Source: Patescibacteria group bacterium
GTDB lineage: Bacteria > Patescibacteriota > Patescibacteriia > Magasanikbacterales > GWA2-37-8
Length of the DNA stretch: 64,000 bases
Assembly: GCA_004321885.1 (NCBI GenBank)
Contig: SCQK01000013.1
Coordinates: forward strand, 96,001 to 160,000
Direction of reading: 5' to 3'
Under the pieces are notes generated by a model. The model had not been told where the DNA came from, did not search any database, and worked only from the letters and a program-made list of their open reading frames with translations. A program made the position numbers and the translations under genes. Every line of letters begins with the position of its first letter. The stretch's first letter is position 1. This document shows, piece after piece, positions 39,741 to 50,080 of the stretch.

Positions 39741-40637
39741 TTACCAATTTAACAAAAGTTGCTCCACGGCCAAGCGCTGATTTACGTTTTGCCGCAAGAG
39801 CGCTCTGGTCTGGCCGATGCTGTCTATAATTGCGGCCGCCTGACAAGCCGCCGGGCCCGGTCTTTTCCCCAACATCACCTCGCGCCACAATGTCTGCCAT
39901 ATTTCCAAAACCTCATTCATCCGGTCTTTGTTAAGTCCCTTCTCGTCTTTCTCCAATAAATTTTCCATTTTTTTCATGCGCTCGTAAACCGGCCGGCCGA
40001 TGATTTCCTCCCAGCGCTTTACCTCGCCGAGCCATCCATTCAGGCGCTCTTCGTTCTCGGCCAAGTCAATCGCCAGCCCTGGTTTGCCCAACGCCAGCTT
40101 GGCCGCCATGGCCGCGCGCTCGCCATAGCCCGCTTCCGCCAAACCAGCGCGTATTTCTTCTGCGGGCGCTGGCGCGAAGTAAAAAACCTGACAGCGCGAG
40201 CGGATGGTCGGCAACAAGCCCGTGTCATCCGCGGTCAAAAGAAAAAAAACGCTTCTTCCGGCCGATTCTTCCAAAACTCTAAGCAGGGCATTGCCCGATT
40301 CTTTGTTTAGCTTCTCGGCTTCGTCTATGATGCCTACTTTGTACCCACCCATCCAGGCACGCCGGTTGGCAAACTCTTTGAACTGCCGCGCCTGGGCCAC
40401 GGAAATATCCTGATTTAGTTTGCCGGTTTTTTCGTTTACCTGCCGCTCTACATAATAATAATCCGTGTGCGAAGATAGTTTTGCCGCCTCCACCGCCAGC
40501 AATTTAGCCGCGACATAATTCGCCATTGTCCTCTTGCCCGTCTGGTCGCGCCCCACAAAGCAATACGCGTGCGCCAAATTGCCGTTTTTTATACAGTTTT
40601 CAAAAAAAGACAACGCTTTTTGGTGGCCGATTAACAT
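39741..40637 (-). CDS. holB: DNA polymerase III subunit delta-prime
   Basis: AHAYCFVGRDQTGKRT P-loop-like motif, SRC motif TIRSRCQ, clamp-loader fold. Confidence 0.8.
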   Translation of the reverse strand: MLIGHQKALSFFENCIKNGNLAHAYCFVGRDQTGKRTMANYVAAKLLAVEAAKLSSHTDYYYVERQVNEKTGKLNQDISVAQARQFKEFANRRAWMGGYKVGIIDEAEKLNKESGNALLRVLEESAGRSVFFLLTADDTGLLPTIRSRCQVFYFAPAPAEEIRAGLAEAGYGERAAMAAKLALGKPGLAIDLAENEERLNGWLGEVKRWEEIIGRPVYERMKKMENLLEKDEKGLNKDRMNEVLEIWQTLWREVMLGKRPGPAACQAAAIIDSIGQTRALLRQNVNQRLAVEQLLLNW

Positions 40638-40732
40638 ATAAACATTTTACCAAAAAAACACAGAACTGGCAATGACAGCGACATTGCTACCCCTCCCAAC
40701 CCTCCCCTTATCAAAGGGAGGGATTATAGGGA

Positions 40733-41770
40733 TTATTTGGTTGCCAAAATACTGCGCTTATAATTATCCAAATTGTCCAGCGCGATGCCCGTACCTTTTG
40801 ATACGCACAAAAGCGGCTCTTCGGCCACATAGGTGGACACGCCAGTGGCCTGGGCAATCAGCTCGTCCAGATTGCGCAACATGGCCGAGCCGCCGGATAA
40901 AATAATGCCCTTGTCTATCACATCAGCCGCCAGCTCGGGCGGAGTCTTGTGCAAAACCTCTTTCACGGCTTCTATTAAGTGCTCTAAATCCGTGCGCAGG
41001 GCCTCGGTGGTGTCGTCCGAGGTTGCAGTCAGGGTGCGCGGCAAGCCGCTAATCATATCCAACCCTTTTATCTCCATGGAAATTGGCTTGTCCATAAACA
41101 TGGCCGAACCCACTTTTATTTTCATTTCTTCGGCCATGCGTTCGCCAATAGCCAGATTGTATTTGTGGCGCACGTAATCCACGATGGCTTTGTCAAATTT
41201 ATTGCCGCCAATGCGCGCCGAGCCCCACGATACAATGCCGCCCAAGGAAATGACCGCGATTTCGGCGGTGCCGCCGCCAATGTCTATAATCATGTGCCCC
41301 GAAGCCGCGCCAATGGGAATGTCGGCGCCGATGGCCGCCACTATCGGTTCCTTTATTATATATGCGGCGCGCGCTCCGGCCGCGATGGTGGCGTCTATCA
41401 CCGCGCGCCTCTCGGTGGAAGTGATGCCGGCCGGCACCGACACCATCACCTCGGGCCGAAACAAATGCACCCCGCCCAGCGCCTTGTTGATAAAGTATCT
41501 TAACATCGCCTCGGTGGTGTGGTAGTTGGCGATTACGCCGTCTTTGAGCGGACGCTCGGCGATAATACTGTCCGGCGCGCGGCCAATCATGTCTTTGGCT
41601 TCCAGCCCGACAGCCAAAACTTTGCCATCGGCTTTGGAAATGGCCACCACGCTGGGCTCGTTCACCACAATGCCTTTTTTGGGAACATAAACAAGCACGT
41701 TGGTGGTGCCGAGGTCAATGCCGATTTTTTTGATGAACATATTTTGAAAATTCCAATTACCAATATCCAA
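40733..41770 (-). CDS. mreB: rod shape-determining protein MreB
   Basis: actin-fold motifs IGIDLGTTN, DIGGGTAE, full-length MreB consensus. Confidence 0.95.
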   Translation of the reverse strand: MDIGNWNFQNMFIKKIGIDLGTTNVLVYVPKKGIVVNEPSVVAISKADGKVLAVGLEAKDMIGRAPDSIIAERPLKDGVIANYHTTEAMLRYFINKALGGVHLFRPEVMVSVPAGITSTERRAVIDATIAAGARAAYIIKEPIVAAIGADIPIGAASGHMIIDIGGGTAEIAVISLGGIVSWGSARIGGNKFDKAIVDYVRHKYNLAIGERMAEEMKIKVGSAMFMDKPISMEIKGLDMISGLPRTLTATSDDTTEALRTDLEHLIEAVKEVLHKTPPELAADVIDKGIILSGGSAMLRNLDELIAQATGVSTYVAEEPLLCVSKGTGIALDNLDNYKRSILATK

Positions 41771-41856
41771 TGACCAATTATTTCGCTTCGCTCAATGAAT
41801 ACAAATGTCAAATTTTGACATTTGGATTTTGAAATTGATTTGACATTGGAAATTTG
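41771..41856. promoter_or_regulatory. array of CCAATGTC/CAAATGTCAAA direct repeats upstream of mreB; a similar array at 43315-43410 upstream of the DUF4012 gene
   Basis: shared 14-mer TCCCAATTACCAAT/TTCCAATTACCAAT and CCAATGACCAATT in both intergenic regions; at least 3 iteron-like copies each. Confidence 0.35.
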
Positions 41857-43314
41857 TCATTTGAACTTTACAACTATCTCCCTGTCCTCTCGCAGATCAG
41901 TGACTAAATCATAACGCGTGTCTCCGTGCTTGGCGCTCGGTTCTCCGGGCGCCGCGAATACCACACTTTTACCAAAATCCAGGCCCAGAGTCAATCCAGG
42001 CGCCACGGTGCCAATTTGTTTTTGTACCAGCAAATCATAAGCGCCGGTTTTAATCTGGCCGGCTATTTCCGGTGCGACCGCGTACCTAAATTCCAATCCG
42101 CCGGTCCCACCCGGCTCCACGGAAATAAACGCGCCAAACCACTGACGCCCGTTTTCCAGGCCCTGGTCCGCGGACGCGGTTTTCTTTTTACCCTCGGGCA
42201 TGGCGCCGGAAACCGCGATAATTTTACTGCCCGCCGGCACATATATACGCGCGTAATCGCGATAGCGCGTGGTGCGCCAGTCAAATTTGCCGTTGTGCTT
42301 GAATTTCATTTTGGCCGTGGCGATAAAACTGCCTTTGCCGTCGGGCGCCAGGGAATACGACAGCTCACGCGTGATGCTGGCGTCGGTTTTCAGCGCGGCT
42401 AAATTGGCGTCGGCCCACAGCAAATAATCGCCGCTGGTCTGGCGCATCTGGCCGGAAATTTTTTTCAGCGCCAAAACCGGCTGGACCGCGGGCGACGGCG
42501 AAAAAACAACGATTTGCTTTTCACGCAACAATTTTTCCACCAAAGTTAGATACTTGGGCCAACGCAAGAGCACGCGCGTTTTCAAATCGTCTATGAACGC
42601 GCGCGTCAATTCGCCGAGCAGGCGCTTGCGCTCGTCAAAACTGATTCCCTTTTTGGCATAGCCATACTCCACTTCATATTCCAGCTTTTCGGTAAAATTT
42701 TCCGCGGTAAATTCCAGGCCGCCGGCTTTCACCGGCCCGCTTAAGCGCAAAATTTCTTCAATCACGGTGGGTGTAATTCCGATGACCGCGTCTATGACAT
42801 CGGCCGCTTCTCCCCTTTCCAATTTATACAATTCCAGGGCCTTGGCCGAAGACAAGGCGAAATCCGGCGACCAATTGCTGTCGCGAAACTCCCAGCGCTT
42901 GATGCCCAAATATTTTGAGAGGGGCTCGGGCGGCTCGGCCGCGAAATCATTGGGCGAAGAGTTATCCAAAATCTCGGTGCCTTCCACTTTCAAAACCTGG
43001 GGCACGGCTTTATCCATCCGCACCACCGCGTAAGTGCCGATAAAACCCCCGCCCGGACGCAATTCCGTGTTGTTCAAAAACAACAGCAGATAAGTGCGCG
43101 GCCCGGTGTAGCCCAAAATTTCCTGCATCGGATTGCCCGCAGGCAAATTGAGTTTCTGGCTGATTTTTTCTCCGGCCTTTTCCACCAGCGCGTCTTTCAG
43201 GCCGAAATACTTAAACCAAACCCATAAGGCGAGCACACTTGAAGCCAATAACACAAAAAAGATAACAATCACTAATTTAAATTTTGACATAATAGCGATA
43301 GCCTTAAATCCCAA
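41857..43314 (-). CDS. membrane-anchored DUF4012-like extracytoplasmic protein
   Basis: N-terminal TM; LLLFLNNTELRPGGGFIGTYAVV motif characteristic of DUF4012. Confidence 0.55.
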   Translation of the reverse strand: MGFKAIAIMSKFKLVIVIFFVLLASSVLALWVWFKYFGLKDALVEKAGEKISQKLNLPAGNPMQEILGYTGPRTYLLLFLNNTELRPGGGFIGTYAVVRMDKAVPQVLKVEGTEILDNSSPNDFAAEPPEPLSKYLGIKRWEFRDSNWSPDFALSSAKALELYKLERGEAADVIDAVIGITPTVIEEILRLSGPVKAGGLEFTAENFTEKLEYEVEYGYAKKGISFDERKRLLGELTRAFIDDLKTRVLLRWPKYLTLVEKLLREKQIVVFSPSPAVQPVLALKKISGQMRQTSGDYLLWADANLAALKTDASITRELSYSLAPDGKGSFIATAKMKFKHNGKFDWRTTRYRDYARIYVPAGSKIIAVSGAMPEGKKKTASADQGLENGRQWFGAFISVEPGGTGGLEFRYAVAPEIAGQIKTGAYDLLVQKQIGTVAPGLTLGLDFGKSVVFAAPGEPSAKHGDTRYDLVTDLREDREIVVKFK

Positions 43315-43417
43315 TTACCAATTAATGACCAAACCCCCCAATGACCAATTCGCGAATTGGACATTTGAACATTGGAACTTGATTGGGCATTGGACATTGG
43401 GATTTGAAATTTTTTAT

Positions 43418-44902
43418 TCACGTCCTCTGTTTGGCCGACACATTAAACCCCAAATACTTTCCAAACATCAGATGCGTGACCGCGTCTATACATGGAAAAG
43501 CCGAGAAAAAAATGAGCGACACGGGCAGCAGCAGCCATTGCAAAATCATGTACAGGTATTTGTGCGGCGAGTGCGCCTGGGGACGGCGCGGCAAAATCAG
43601 CAGGCTCATCAGCATAGAAACCAACAGCCCCAGCATGGCAATGCTCATCAGAATTTCCAAAATGTTCGGGGTATTGAAAAACAGCGCGCTTTGACGGACA
43701 TCGTTTCCGGCCACCCACAGCGGCAGGCGCCCGACCACAGTGATTAAAATCGCCACCACGGCCCAGCTCCATTTGCCTTCCCACTCGTGGAAAAGCGCCA
43801 CGAATTTTTTTGTCCAGGGCACCATTTTGTTTTTGCGCAAATTCCACAGCAAATACGGAATATGCTCGGCGCCCCAGGCCCAGCGCCTCTGCTGAAAATA
43901 CAAATTTTTCAAACTCTGCCACCAATTTTCCGCGCGCGCCGTATCCATGGATACCGGAATATACAACGGGGTCACTTCGTAATCGCCGTTGTATTTCAGC
44001 CAGCATTGAAAAAATATGCGCGAATCCTCGCTGACAATGTCTTTGGCGTGGCCCCCGCAGTCCATCACCGCCTTAAAACTCATGCTGTGGGAAGAAAAAG
44101 TAACCAGGTTGTCCAAACGCGCCAGGGAAAACAGCATCCAAAAACTGGTGCCAAAGGCCATGATGCGCAAGACCGAGGGCGACTCCCACAAATTGTTATT
44201 GTACAAAGTGATGGGTTGGAAAGAACTGCGCTCGGGACGCGGATGCAACGAGTACATATAAGTAAGATGGCTGAAAAACTGCGGGTGCACCACTGTGTCC
44301 ACGTCCAACACTGAAATAATTATGTCTTCATAACGCCAGCCTTTGGCATCGGCGTATTTTTTGAACTGCCATTCGGCGTAGTTGACATTGGAACCCTTGC
44401 CCGGAATTTCATCGGGCAAATCCTGGGGGTGCGTGTAGAGCAAAATGTCGGCAAACTTGCCGGCGTAATTTTTTTTGATTTCATTTTGAATTTCCTGCCA
44501 GTGCGTTAGCTGGCGCGCCTCGCCCGAGACCACCAGATAAAGTTTTTCCGGCGGATAGGTGGACTCAGCAATGCCTTTGAGGGTGCAATTCACGACACCC
44601 CAACTTTCATTATACAATGGCAAAAAAATTACATTCTTCTTTTCTTCCCAATTTGGGAATTCCTTTTTGAGTCGTGCCAGCCAGTCCACTTTGATGGCGC
44701 GGCGAAACCGGCGCCAGGAAAGAAACAGATAAAAAGAAAAATACGCCACCCGAATCACCCAATAGATGTCAAAGATTATTATAAAGTATATCATCCAAAG
44801 CGGTTTTACGAAAGAGACGACAATGCCGGCGATAAGCGTCGCCCAAATACTGGCCCCGGGCAAAATTTCGTAGATGCGATAGCGAGTAAAATCCGAGAGC
44901 AT
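43418..44902 (-). CDS. processive GT2 glycosyltransferase (cellulose/chitin/hyaluronan-synthase-like) with multiple TM helices
   Basis: D, DxD, and QxxRW motif (QQRRWAWG) plus flanking TM bundles. Confidence 0.8.
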   Translation of the reverse strand: MLSDFTRYRIYEILPGASIWATLIAGIVVSFVKPLWMIYFIIIFDIYWVIRVAYFSFYLFLSWRRFRRAIKVDWLARLKKEFPNWEEKKNVIFLPLYNESWGVVNCTLKGIAESTYPPEKLYLVVSGEARQLTHWQEIQNEIKKNYAGKFADILLYTHPQDLPDEIPGKGSNVNYAEWQFKKYADAKGWRYEDIIISVLDVDTVVHPQFFSHLTYMYSLHPRPERSSFQPITLYNNNLWESPSVLRIMAFGTSFWMLFSLARLDNLVTFSSHSMSFKAVMDCGGHAKDIVSEDSRIFFQCWLKYNGDYEVTPLYIPVSMDTARAENWWQSLKNLYFQQRRWAWGAEHIPYLLWNLRKNKMVPWTKKFVALFHEWEGKWSWAVVAILITVVGRLPLWVAGNDVRQSALFFNTPNILEILMSIAMLGLLVSMLMSLLILPRRPQAHSPHKYLYMILQWLLLPVSLIFFSAFPCIDAVTHLMFGKYLGFNVSAKQRT

Positions 44903-45055
44903 ACTACTTGTTTAATTTCCTCACAACCCCTCTTTCCGCCCCGTCATTCGACGGGGCTTCGCGCGGTCAATGTATTTTCCTTACTATTCCGCGCTCCGCG
45001 TCCACCCCGCACCAAAACTCTCTTCGCTCATTTGGTGCGGGGCATGCTTCCACCA

Positions 45056-46114
45056 TTACTGTTCTATTCTCTTCACTATACCCTTGTTCGCATCAACTTC
45101 AACGAGGTCGCCGTCTTTAAAAACTTTGGTGGCTATTTCGGTTCCAATGATGCATGGCTTTTTCAGTTCACGCGCCACAATGGCGGCATGTGAAAGCAGA
45201 CCACCCGCGTCGGTTACAAACGCCGCCGACATCTTCATTAAAGATAAATACTCTGGCCGCGTCATCCCCGCCACCAAAACATCACCCGGCTTAAAATCAG
45301 TATCCGCTTTAGGATCAAAAACCACGCGTACGCGGCCGCGCGCCATCCCTTTGTATGCGACCATACCTTTTATTTCAGAACCTGGCAGTCCAGCCACTAT
45401 CCCCTCCATTATTTTCTTAAATTCCTCACCTTTATACAGATTAAATTTACCGTCGGCATCGTATAAAATCGCGCAACCACGATACCTCTCGGTCAACTCT
45501 TCCGCATCCGGTAAATTACCATTCAAAAAATATTCACGGATTTCTTCTTTAAGAAGCACAGAAATTTCTTGAGTGGAAAATCTTTTCCCGATTAAAAAAT
45601 CCAAAATTTTCTGGAATATCCGCTCTGTTTCATTATAAATTGGTTCGCAATGAAGCCGCGCGCGTCTGAACGTATCTAAATATTTTTCCATTAATTCTTG
45701 CGGCAAAAAATTAATTACTTGTTTTATAGAAAAATTCGCGCTCGTCATTGCCAATAGTAAATCCTGAAATTTAAAAAAATCCGCCGGCGAAAAAGTATTT
45801 CTTGAGTCTAATTCTCGGATAAACTCATAAATTTTATCCGCGCCCATTGTCAGCTGGCTGGCCCATTGACCAGGCTTTACGGAATCCTTTATTATTATTG
45901 AAACCAAAAGCTGGCAGTAAGCGCTCAATTCACTACGAACCAGATAATTTGAACTGGTTCCAGATTCAAAAACGATCAGATTGTGCGCCAAGCCTTGGCC
46001 AGCCAATTCTTTGATACTTCTCGCATAAAAATCGCCGTACAGACTGACAAAAGGCAGGCCCCACTGACCCGACCAATTTTTTGTCCAAATTTCATTGGTA
46101 AAAATTTTATTCAT
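45056..46114 (-). CDS. PEP-utilising-enzyme mobile-domain protein (PEP synthase/rifampin-phosphotransferase-like C-terminus)
   Basis: C-terminal GDVLVAGMTRPEYLSLMKMSAAFVTDAGGLLSHAAIVARELKKPCIIG; start moved past a repeat-derived N-terminal extension (ORF-track start 46150). Confidence 0.6.
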   Translation of the reverse strand: MNKIFTNEIWTKNWSGQWGLPFVSLYGDFYARSIKELAGQGLAHNLIVFESGTSSNYLVRSELSAYCQLLVSIIIKDSVKPGQWASQLTMGADKIYEFIRELDSRNTFSPADFFKFQDLLLAMTSANFSIKQVINFLPQELMEKYLDTFRRARLHCEPIYNETERIFQKILDFLIGKRFSTQEISVLLKEEIREYFLNGNLPDAEELTERYRGCAILYDADGKFNLYKGEEFKKIMEGIVAGLPGSEIKGMVAYKGMARGRVRVVFDPKADTDFKPGDVLVAGMTRPEYLSLMKMSAAFVTDAGGLLSHAAIVARELKKPCIIGTEIATKVFKDGDLVEVDANKGIVKRIEQ

Positions 46115-46152
46115 AATAATTACCCCTCCCTCACCCTCCTCCTGAAACAAGT

Positions 46153-46632
46153 TCAGGACAGGCTCTTAAAAAGGGGCGGGCTGGATGGGGTCACCCGCGC
46201 TTCGCCGCTGTATTGGGGGGCGATGTAGCGGCCGGGTTTAGCTCTTTTGAAACGCGCCAGCGCCTGGGCCGGAGTCCAGCCGGGTTCCAGAGAGATTACC
46301 GGGATTTTCAGGGCGTAGGCCATGGTGTTGCCGAACGTAGCGGCCAGACGACTGGCGGTAAAACTCTCGGCGCCGCTCACCACCCCGATGCCTTTAATTT
46401 TTTTCAGCGGCAATTTTTGTTTTTTCAGGAATTTGTCAAATGCTTCCACGATGGATGTCCTATTACCACTAGATTCCCCCGTACTTAGTCGGGGGAATGA
46501 CAATCGGGCTCCACAGGCCTTCGGCACTATGGAGCCAGCGATAATTCCACAGGCCTTCGGCACTATGGAGCCAGCGATAATTCCGGAAACGCAAATAGCC
46601 CCTTCTTGGTTATTATCTACAATAAGAAACAT
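46153..46632 (-). CDS. TsaB/YeaZ-like (Kae1-associated) N-terminal domain protein, short, with a tandem-repeat-encoded duplication
   Basis: KKIKGIGVVSGAESFTASRLAATFGNTMAYALKIPVI resembles TsaB; GIIAGSIVPKAC x2 is encoded by a 39-bp tandem repeat. Confidence 0.45.
   Translation of the reverse strand: MFLIVDNNQEGAICVSGIIAGSIVPKACGIIAGSIVPKACGARLSFPRLSTGESSGNRTSIVEAFDKFLKKQKLPLKKIKGIGVVSGAESFTASRLAATFGNTMAYALKIPVISLEPGWTPAQALARFKRAKPGRYIAPQYSGEARVTPSSPPLFKSLS
46505..46582. repeat. 39-bp tandem direct repeat x2 (GGCTCCACAGGCCTTCGGCACTATGGAGCCAGCGATAATTCC), family F, preceded by a family-E hairpin at 46475-46500
   Basis: related single copy 61421-61463 (GGGCTCCACAG-CCCCGACTGAGTCGGGG-ACTATGGAGCC) and a partial copy at the window end 63983-64000. 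Confidence 0.75.
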
Positions 46633-46713
46633 AAAAAAAACCCACCCCCTGCCACCACACCAAAATCTTTGGTGTGGTGGCCTGCCCCTCCCCTAATAGG
46701 GGAGGGTAGCTCG

Positions 46714-47322
46714 CTATGTTAGCTCATCAATCACTGTCGTATGCTTGCCCTCAAACACGCTATACAAAAACTTATCACCTATTTCTCGCCTTTCACTAAA
46801 CTCTTTCTCGCTTAACGTAGTGTACCTAATAGGCTTTCCCAGATATTTTTCATATGCCGCGATGGTCTTGGCCACCACCAGCGGCTTCAAATTGCCCACT
46901 AAAAGCACATCAGTCACATTTTCCGAACCGGTAAAAAGTCCGGTCAGCATAAAAAGCTTCAAACGGCCGGCTTTTGTTTTTAAGTCCTCAATCAATTTTT
47001 GCTCTTTAATCAGATTCTCTTTGGCCAAAAGCGACTTTAATTCAAAAAACAGGGTGCAGTCGGTTTGCAGACGGTAGTATTTGGAGCGCGTGGTGCCGGC
47101 GTTGTCCGGGTCCTTGGCTATTTTTTCCAAGGATGAAACCGGCGCGAGCAAACCGATGTCTTCCAAATTGGCCAGCTCGCGGCGCACCGCGTTCATCTGC
47201 CCCTCTATTTCGCGCACTATTTCGCGCACGTAAAACGACCTCTGCGGGTGCTTAAAAAGCAGGCTCAAAATCTTGATTCTGGTCTTTGAACCAAAAAGTT
47301 GTTCAAGCATATAATGTACCAA
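46714..47322 (-). CDS. winged-HTH transcriptional regulator-like protein
   Basis: N-terminal GSKTRIKILSLLFKHPQRSFYVREIVREI wHTH; C-terminal domain unknown. Confidence 0.5.
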   Translation of the reverse strand: MVHYMLEQLFGSKTRIKILSLLFKHPQRSFYVREIVREIEGQMNAVRRELANLEDIGLLAPVSSLEKIAKDPDNAGTTRSKYYRLQTDCTLFFELKSLLAKENLIKEQKLIEDLKTKAGRLKLFMLTGLFTGSENVTDVLLVGNLKPLVVAKTIAAYEKYLGKPIRYTTLSEKEFSERREIGDKFLYSVFEGKHTTVIDELT

Positions 47323-47434
47323 TCTCCCCCTCTCCTTTTAGAAGGGGAGGGACAGGGAGGGGTAAATTATCAATTGCGCTATTCTTTAATACATAGTATA
47401 ATAATTACACTTCAAAAAGTAAAGATGCGCCAAT

Positions 47435-49666
47435 ATGCGGCCGGTTTTGCAATTACACGAATTTTTTGTGGAAGGCAACGACCCTTTCGCCTCGCACGTC
47501 CTGCTAAACATCACCGAACCATCCACTCCCGAAGAAATGGACAAGGGGTATTTTTTCGCGGTCTGCGAGATTAGCGGCGGAGACAACAAATACATCAGCC
47601 GTGCCCAGGAAATGGTGGATGAAATTGAAAACAGCTATTACGAAACCGGAGACGAAGCCGACAGAAACTCGCTGGAAATAATCCTGGACAAAATCAACCA
47701 GCAGTTCATGGCTATCGCCAAAAAGGATTCTCCGCTCAACTGCGCGCTGGGAGCCATCCGGCAGGGCGATGTTATCTTCAGCTTTTGCGGCCAGCCGCAA
47801 ATGCTTTTGTTTTACAAGCACCGCGACCAGTACGACAAAATGGACCTTATCGCCGAAAATACCGGCGATGAAAACCCGGAAGACAGGCAACTGTTTTCGC
47901 AAATCGTGCAGGGCAAAATCAGCGCCAATGATTTTTTCTATGTCAGCACCTCGCGCGTGGCCGATTACTTCAGCCACGACCGCCTGCAAAAAATTATTTC
48001 CTCGCGTCCACCGCGCCAAAGCGCCGAACATCTGCAGAAAGTGCTATCTGAACTGAAAAATAATTTGTCTTTCGGCGGCATTATCATTCATCGCGAGTCC
48101 GAGGGCGACGAGGGCGTAATGCCGAAAATCAGCCTGCCCAAAAAAGGCTCGGTAAAATCTTTGGCCAACTTGTTTCATACCGAGCAAAACACGGCGCGCA
48201 TTTTGTCCCCGTCCATATTCCCGCGCCTGCCGGATAAAGCGCCGCCCGGCGAAGAGCGGGCCTTGCCCGCGCGCCCGGCCCCTGCCCGCCTGGCCCATTT
48301 GCGCCAGCACGCGTCCAGAACCGCGCCAGCCAAACGAATTGATTACAGCGCCGCCTTGCGCGCGCTTGCCCGCGGAGCCGCGGCCTTTCTCCGGTTTCTC
48401 ACAAACGCTCTAATCTGGCTGGCCAAGTTTTTCATCGCTGTTTTTGCCGGCATCGGCAAGGGTCTTGGCTTAATATTCATCGTCGCGATAAATTATCAGA
48501 ACAGGCGCGGACTGGTGCTAGGGCACTACGGCCGCCAGTGGCGGGCGTACAAAGATTTCATCAAGCGCATGCCGCTTCTCACTAAAATTTTAATCGCAAC
48601 CGGATTTTTGGCGGCCATTGGACTGGTCGCCGGGGTCAGTTATTTAAAAATGAAACAAAAACAAGATAACGAGGAACGCGCCGCCAAAAGCGCGATAGAA
48701 ACAATCAGGGGCCAGCTCACTTCGGCCGAAAGCGCGCTCATTTACAACAACTCGGCCGCCGCGCTCGGGCAATTAACCGAAGCCGAAGCGCTTTTGCAAA
48801 AATTAAACTGCGAGAAAAAACCCGGCGAATGCGGCGAATTAAAATCCCAGTTGGACGCCCTTTTTGCCAAAACCAGAAAAGAAACCCGCGCCCGGGCCGA
48901 GATGCTGGCTGATTGGAGCGCGCTGTCCCCGGGCCTGGCATTAAAGCTCGTGGCGATGAATAAAGAAATTTTCGGCTACGGCCCCACTACCAGTCTTTTG
49001 TATTACAACTTCGTCAGCAAAGAAAGCGCGCTTGTCCCCGGTTCGCTGGCCGTGAACGGATTCGCGCGAGCCGCGGCGCCAAAAGAAAACGATTTTATCG
49101 CGCTGTTAAATGATGACTTAAAAAACTTGTCCGTATTCAAACCCAAAGACCGCGCCTGGCAAAGCATTGACATAGAGCATCCTTCCGCCGGAGCGGCTAC
49201 TCTCGCCATTTCCGTGTATAACCGCCGGATGTACACGGTTTCGGACAAACAAATTTACCGCCACGACGGTATCCGCGCCGGCTATGGCCGGGGCAAAGAG
49301 TGGCTAAGCGAGCCGGCGGAACTATCTGATACCATAGACCTGGTCATAGACGGAGATTTGTGGACTCTTTCCAAAACCGGCCGCTTGCAAAAATTTACCG
49401 GCGGCAAAAAGCAGGCCTTTGAAATTACCGGGCTTAATCCGGCGCTTGATTCGGCCGATGATATTTGGACCTACACGGACCTGAACTACTTGTATATTTT
49501 AGACGGCGCGCGCGAGCGCATTGTGCTCCTAGGCAAAGACGGCCAACTGCAAAGGCAAATCACGGCGCTCGAGCTGAAAGGCGCCACGGGCATGGCGGTG
49601 GATGAAACAAATATGAGCGCGATTTTTGTCAGCCAAGGGAAGTTGTACCAAATTTCACTAAAATAA
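47435..49666 (+). CDS. PP2C/SpoIIE-like phosphatase-domain membrane protein with a Pro/Ala-rich linker and a C-terminal extracytoplasmic domain
   Basis: PPM-like motifs YFFAVCEISGGDNKYISRAQEMV and GDVIFSFCGQPQMLLF; 2-3 central TM helices. Confidence 0.5.
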   Translation: MRPVLQLHEFFVEGNDPFASHVLLNITEPSTPEEMDKGYFFAVCEISGGDNKYISRAQEMVDEIENSYYETGDEADRNSLEIILDKINQQFMAIAKKDSPLNCALGAIRQGDVIFSFCGQPQMLLFYKHRDQYDKMDLIAENTGDENPEDRQLFSQIVQGKISANDFFYVSTSRVADYFSHDRLQKIISSRPPRQSAEHLQKVLSELKNNLSFGGIIIHRESEGDEGVMPKISLPKKGSVKSLANLFHTEQNTARILSPSIFPRLPDKAPPGEERALPARPAPARLAHLRQHASRTAPAKRIDYSAALRALARGAAAFLRFLTNALIWLAKFFIAVFAGIGKGLGLIFIVAINYQNRRGLVLGHYGRQWRAYKDFIKRMPLLTKILIATGFLAAIGLVAGVSYLKMKQKQDNEERAAKSAIETIRGQLTSAESALIYNNSAAALGQLTEAEALLQKLNCEKKPGECGELKSQLDALFAKTRKETRARAEMLADWSALSPGLALKLVAMNKEIFGYGPTTSLLYYNFVSKESALVPGSLAVNGFARAAAPKENDFIALLNDDLKNLSVFKPKDRAWQSIDIEHPSAGAATLAISVYNRRMYTVSDKQIYRHDGIRAGYGRGKEWLSEPAELSDTIDLVIDGDLWTLSKTGRLQKFTGGKKQAFEITGLNPALDSADDIWTYTDLNYLYILDGARERIVLLGKDGQLQRQITALELKGATGMAVDETNMSAIFVSQGKLYQISLK

Positions 49667-49671
49667 CTTCG

Positions 49672-50076
49672 TTATTTTAACGCCGCCTTCCCACCCGCTT
49701 CTTCTATTTTTTTCTTCATGGCTTCGGCTTCTTCTTTTTTCACGCCTTCTTTTATCACCTTGGGCGCGCCATCCACCAGCGCTTTGGCGTCGGCCAAACC
49801 CAGACCGGTGATTTCTTTTATCACCTTGATAACATTGATTTTGCTCGCGCCGGCTTCGGTGAGTTCAACGTTGAACTCAGTTTTTTCCTCCGCGGCCGGG
49901 GCCGCGCCGGCAGCTGGAGCAGCCATCATCATAGCCGGAGCCGCGGCGGATACGCCGAATTTGTCTTCCAGAATTTTGACCAGCTCGGCCAAATCCAGCA
50001 CGGACATTTTTTCTACTTGTTCCACGAGGTCTTTGAATTTGGCCGGGACCTCTACGGCCTTTTTTTCTTCGGACAT
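49672..50076 (-). CDS. rplL: 50S ribosomal protein L7/L12
   Basis: full-length consensus with an Ala/Pro hinge and C-terminal [22 protein letters not shown]. Confidence 0.9.
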   Translation of the reverse strand: MSEEKKAVEVPAKFKDLVEQVEKMSVLDLAELVKILEDKFGVSAAAPAMMMAAPAAGAAPAAEEKTEFNVELTEAGASKINVIKVIKEITGLGLADAKALVDGAPKVIKEGVKKEEAEAMKKKIEEAGGKAALK

Positions 50077-50080
50077 ATGT

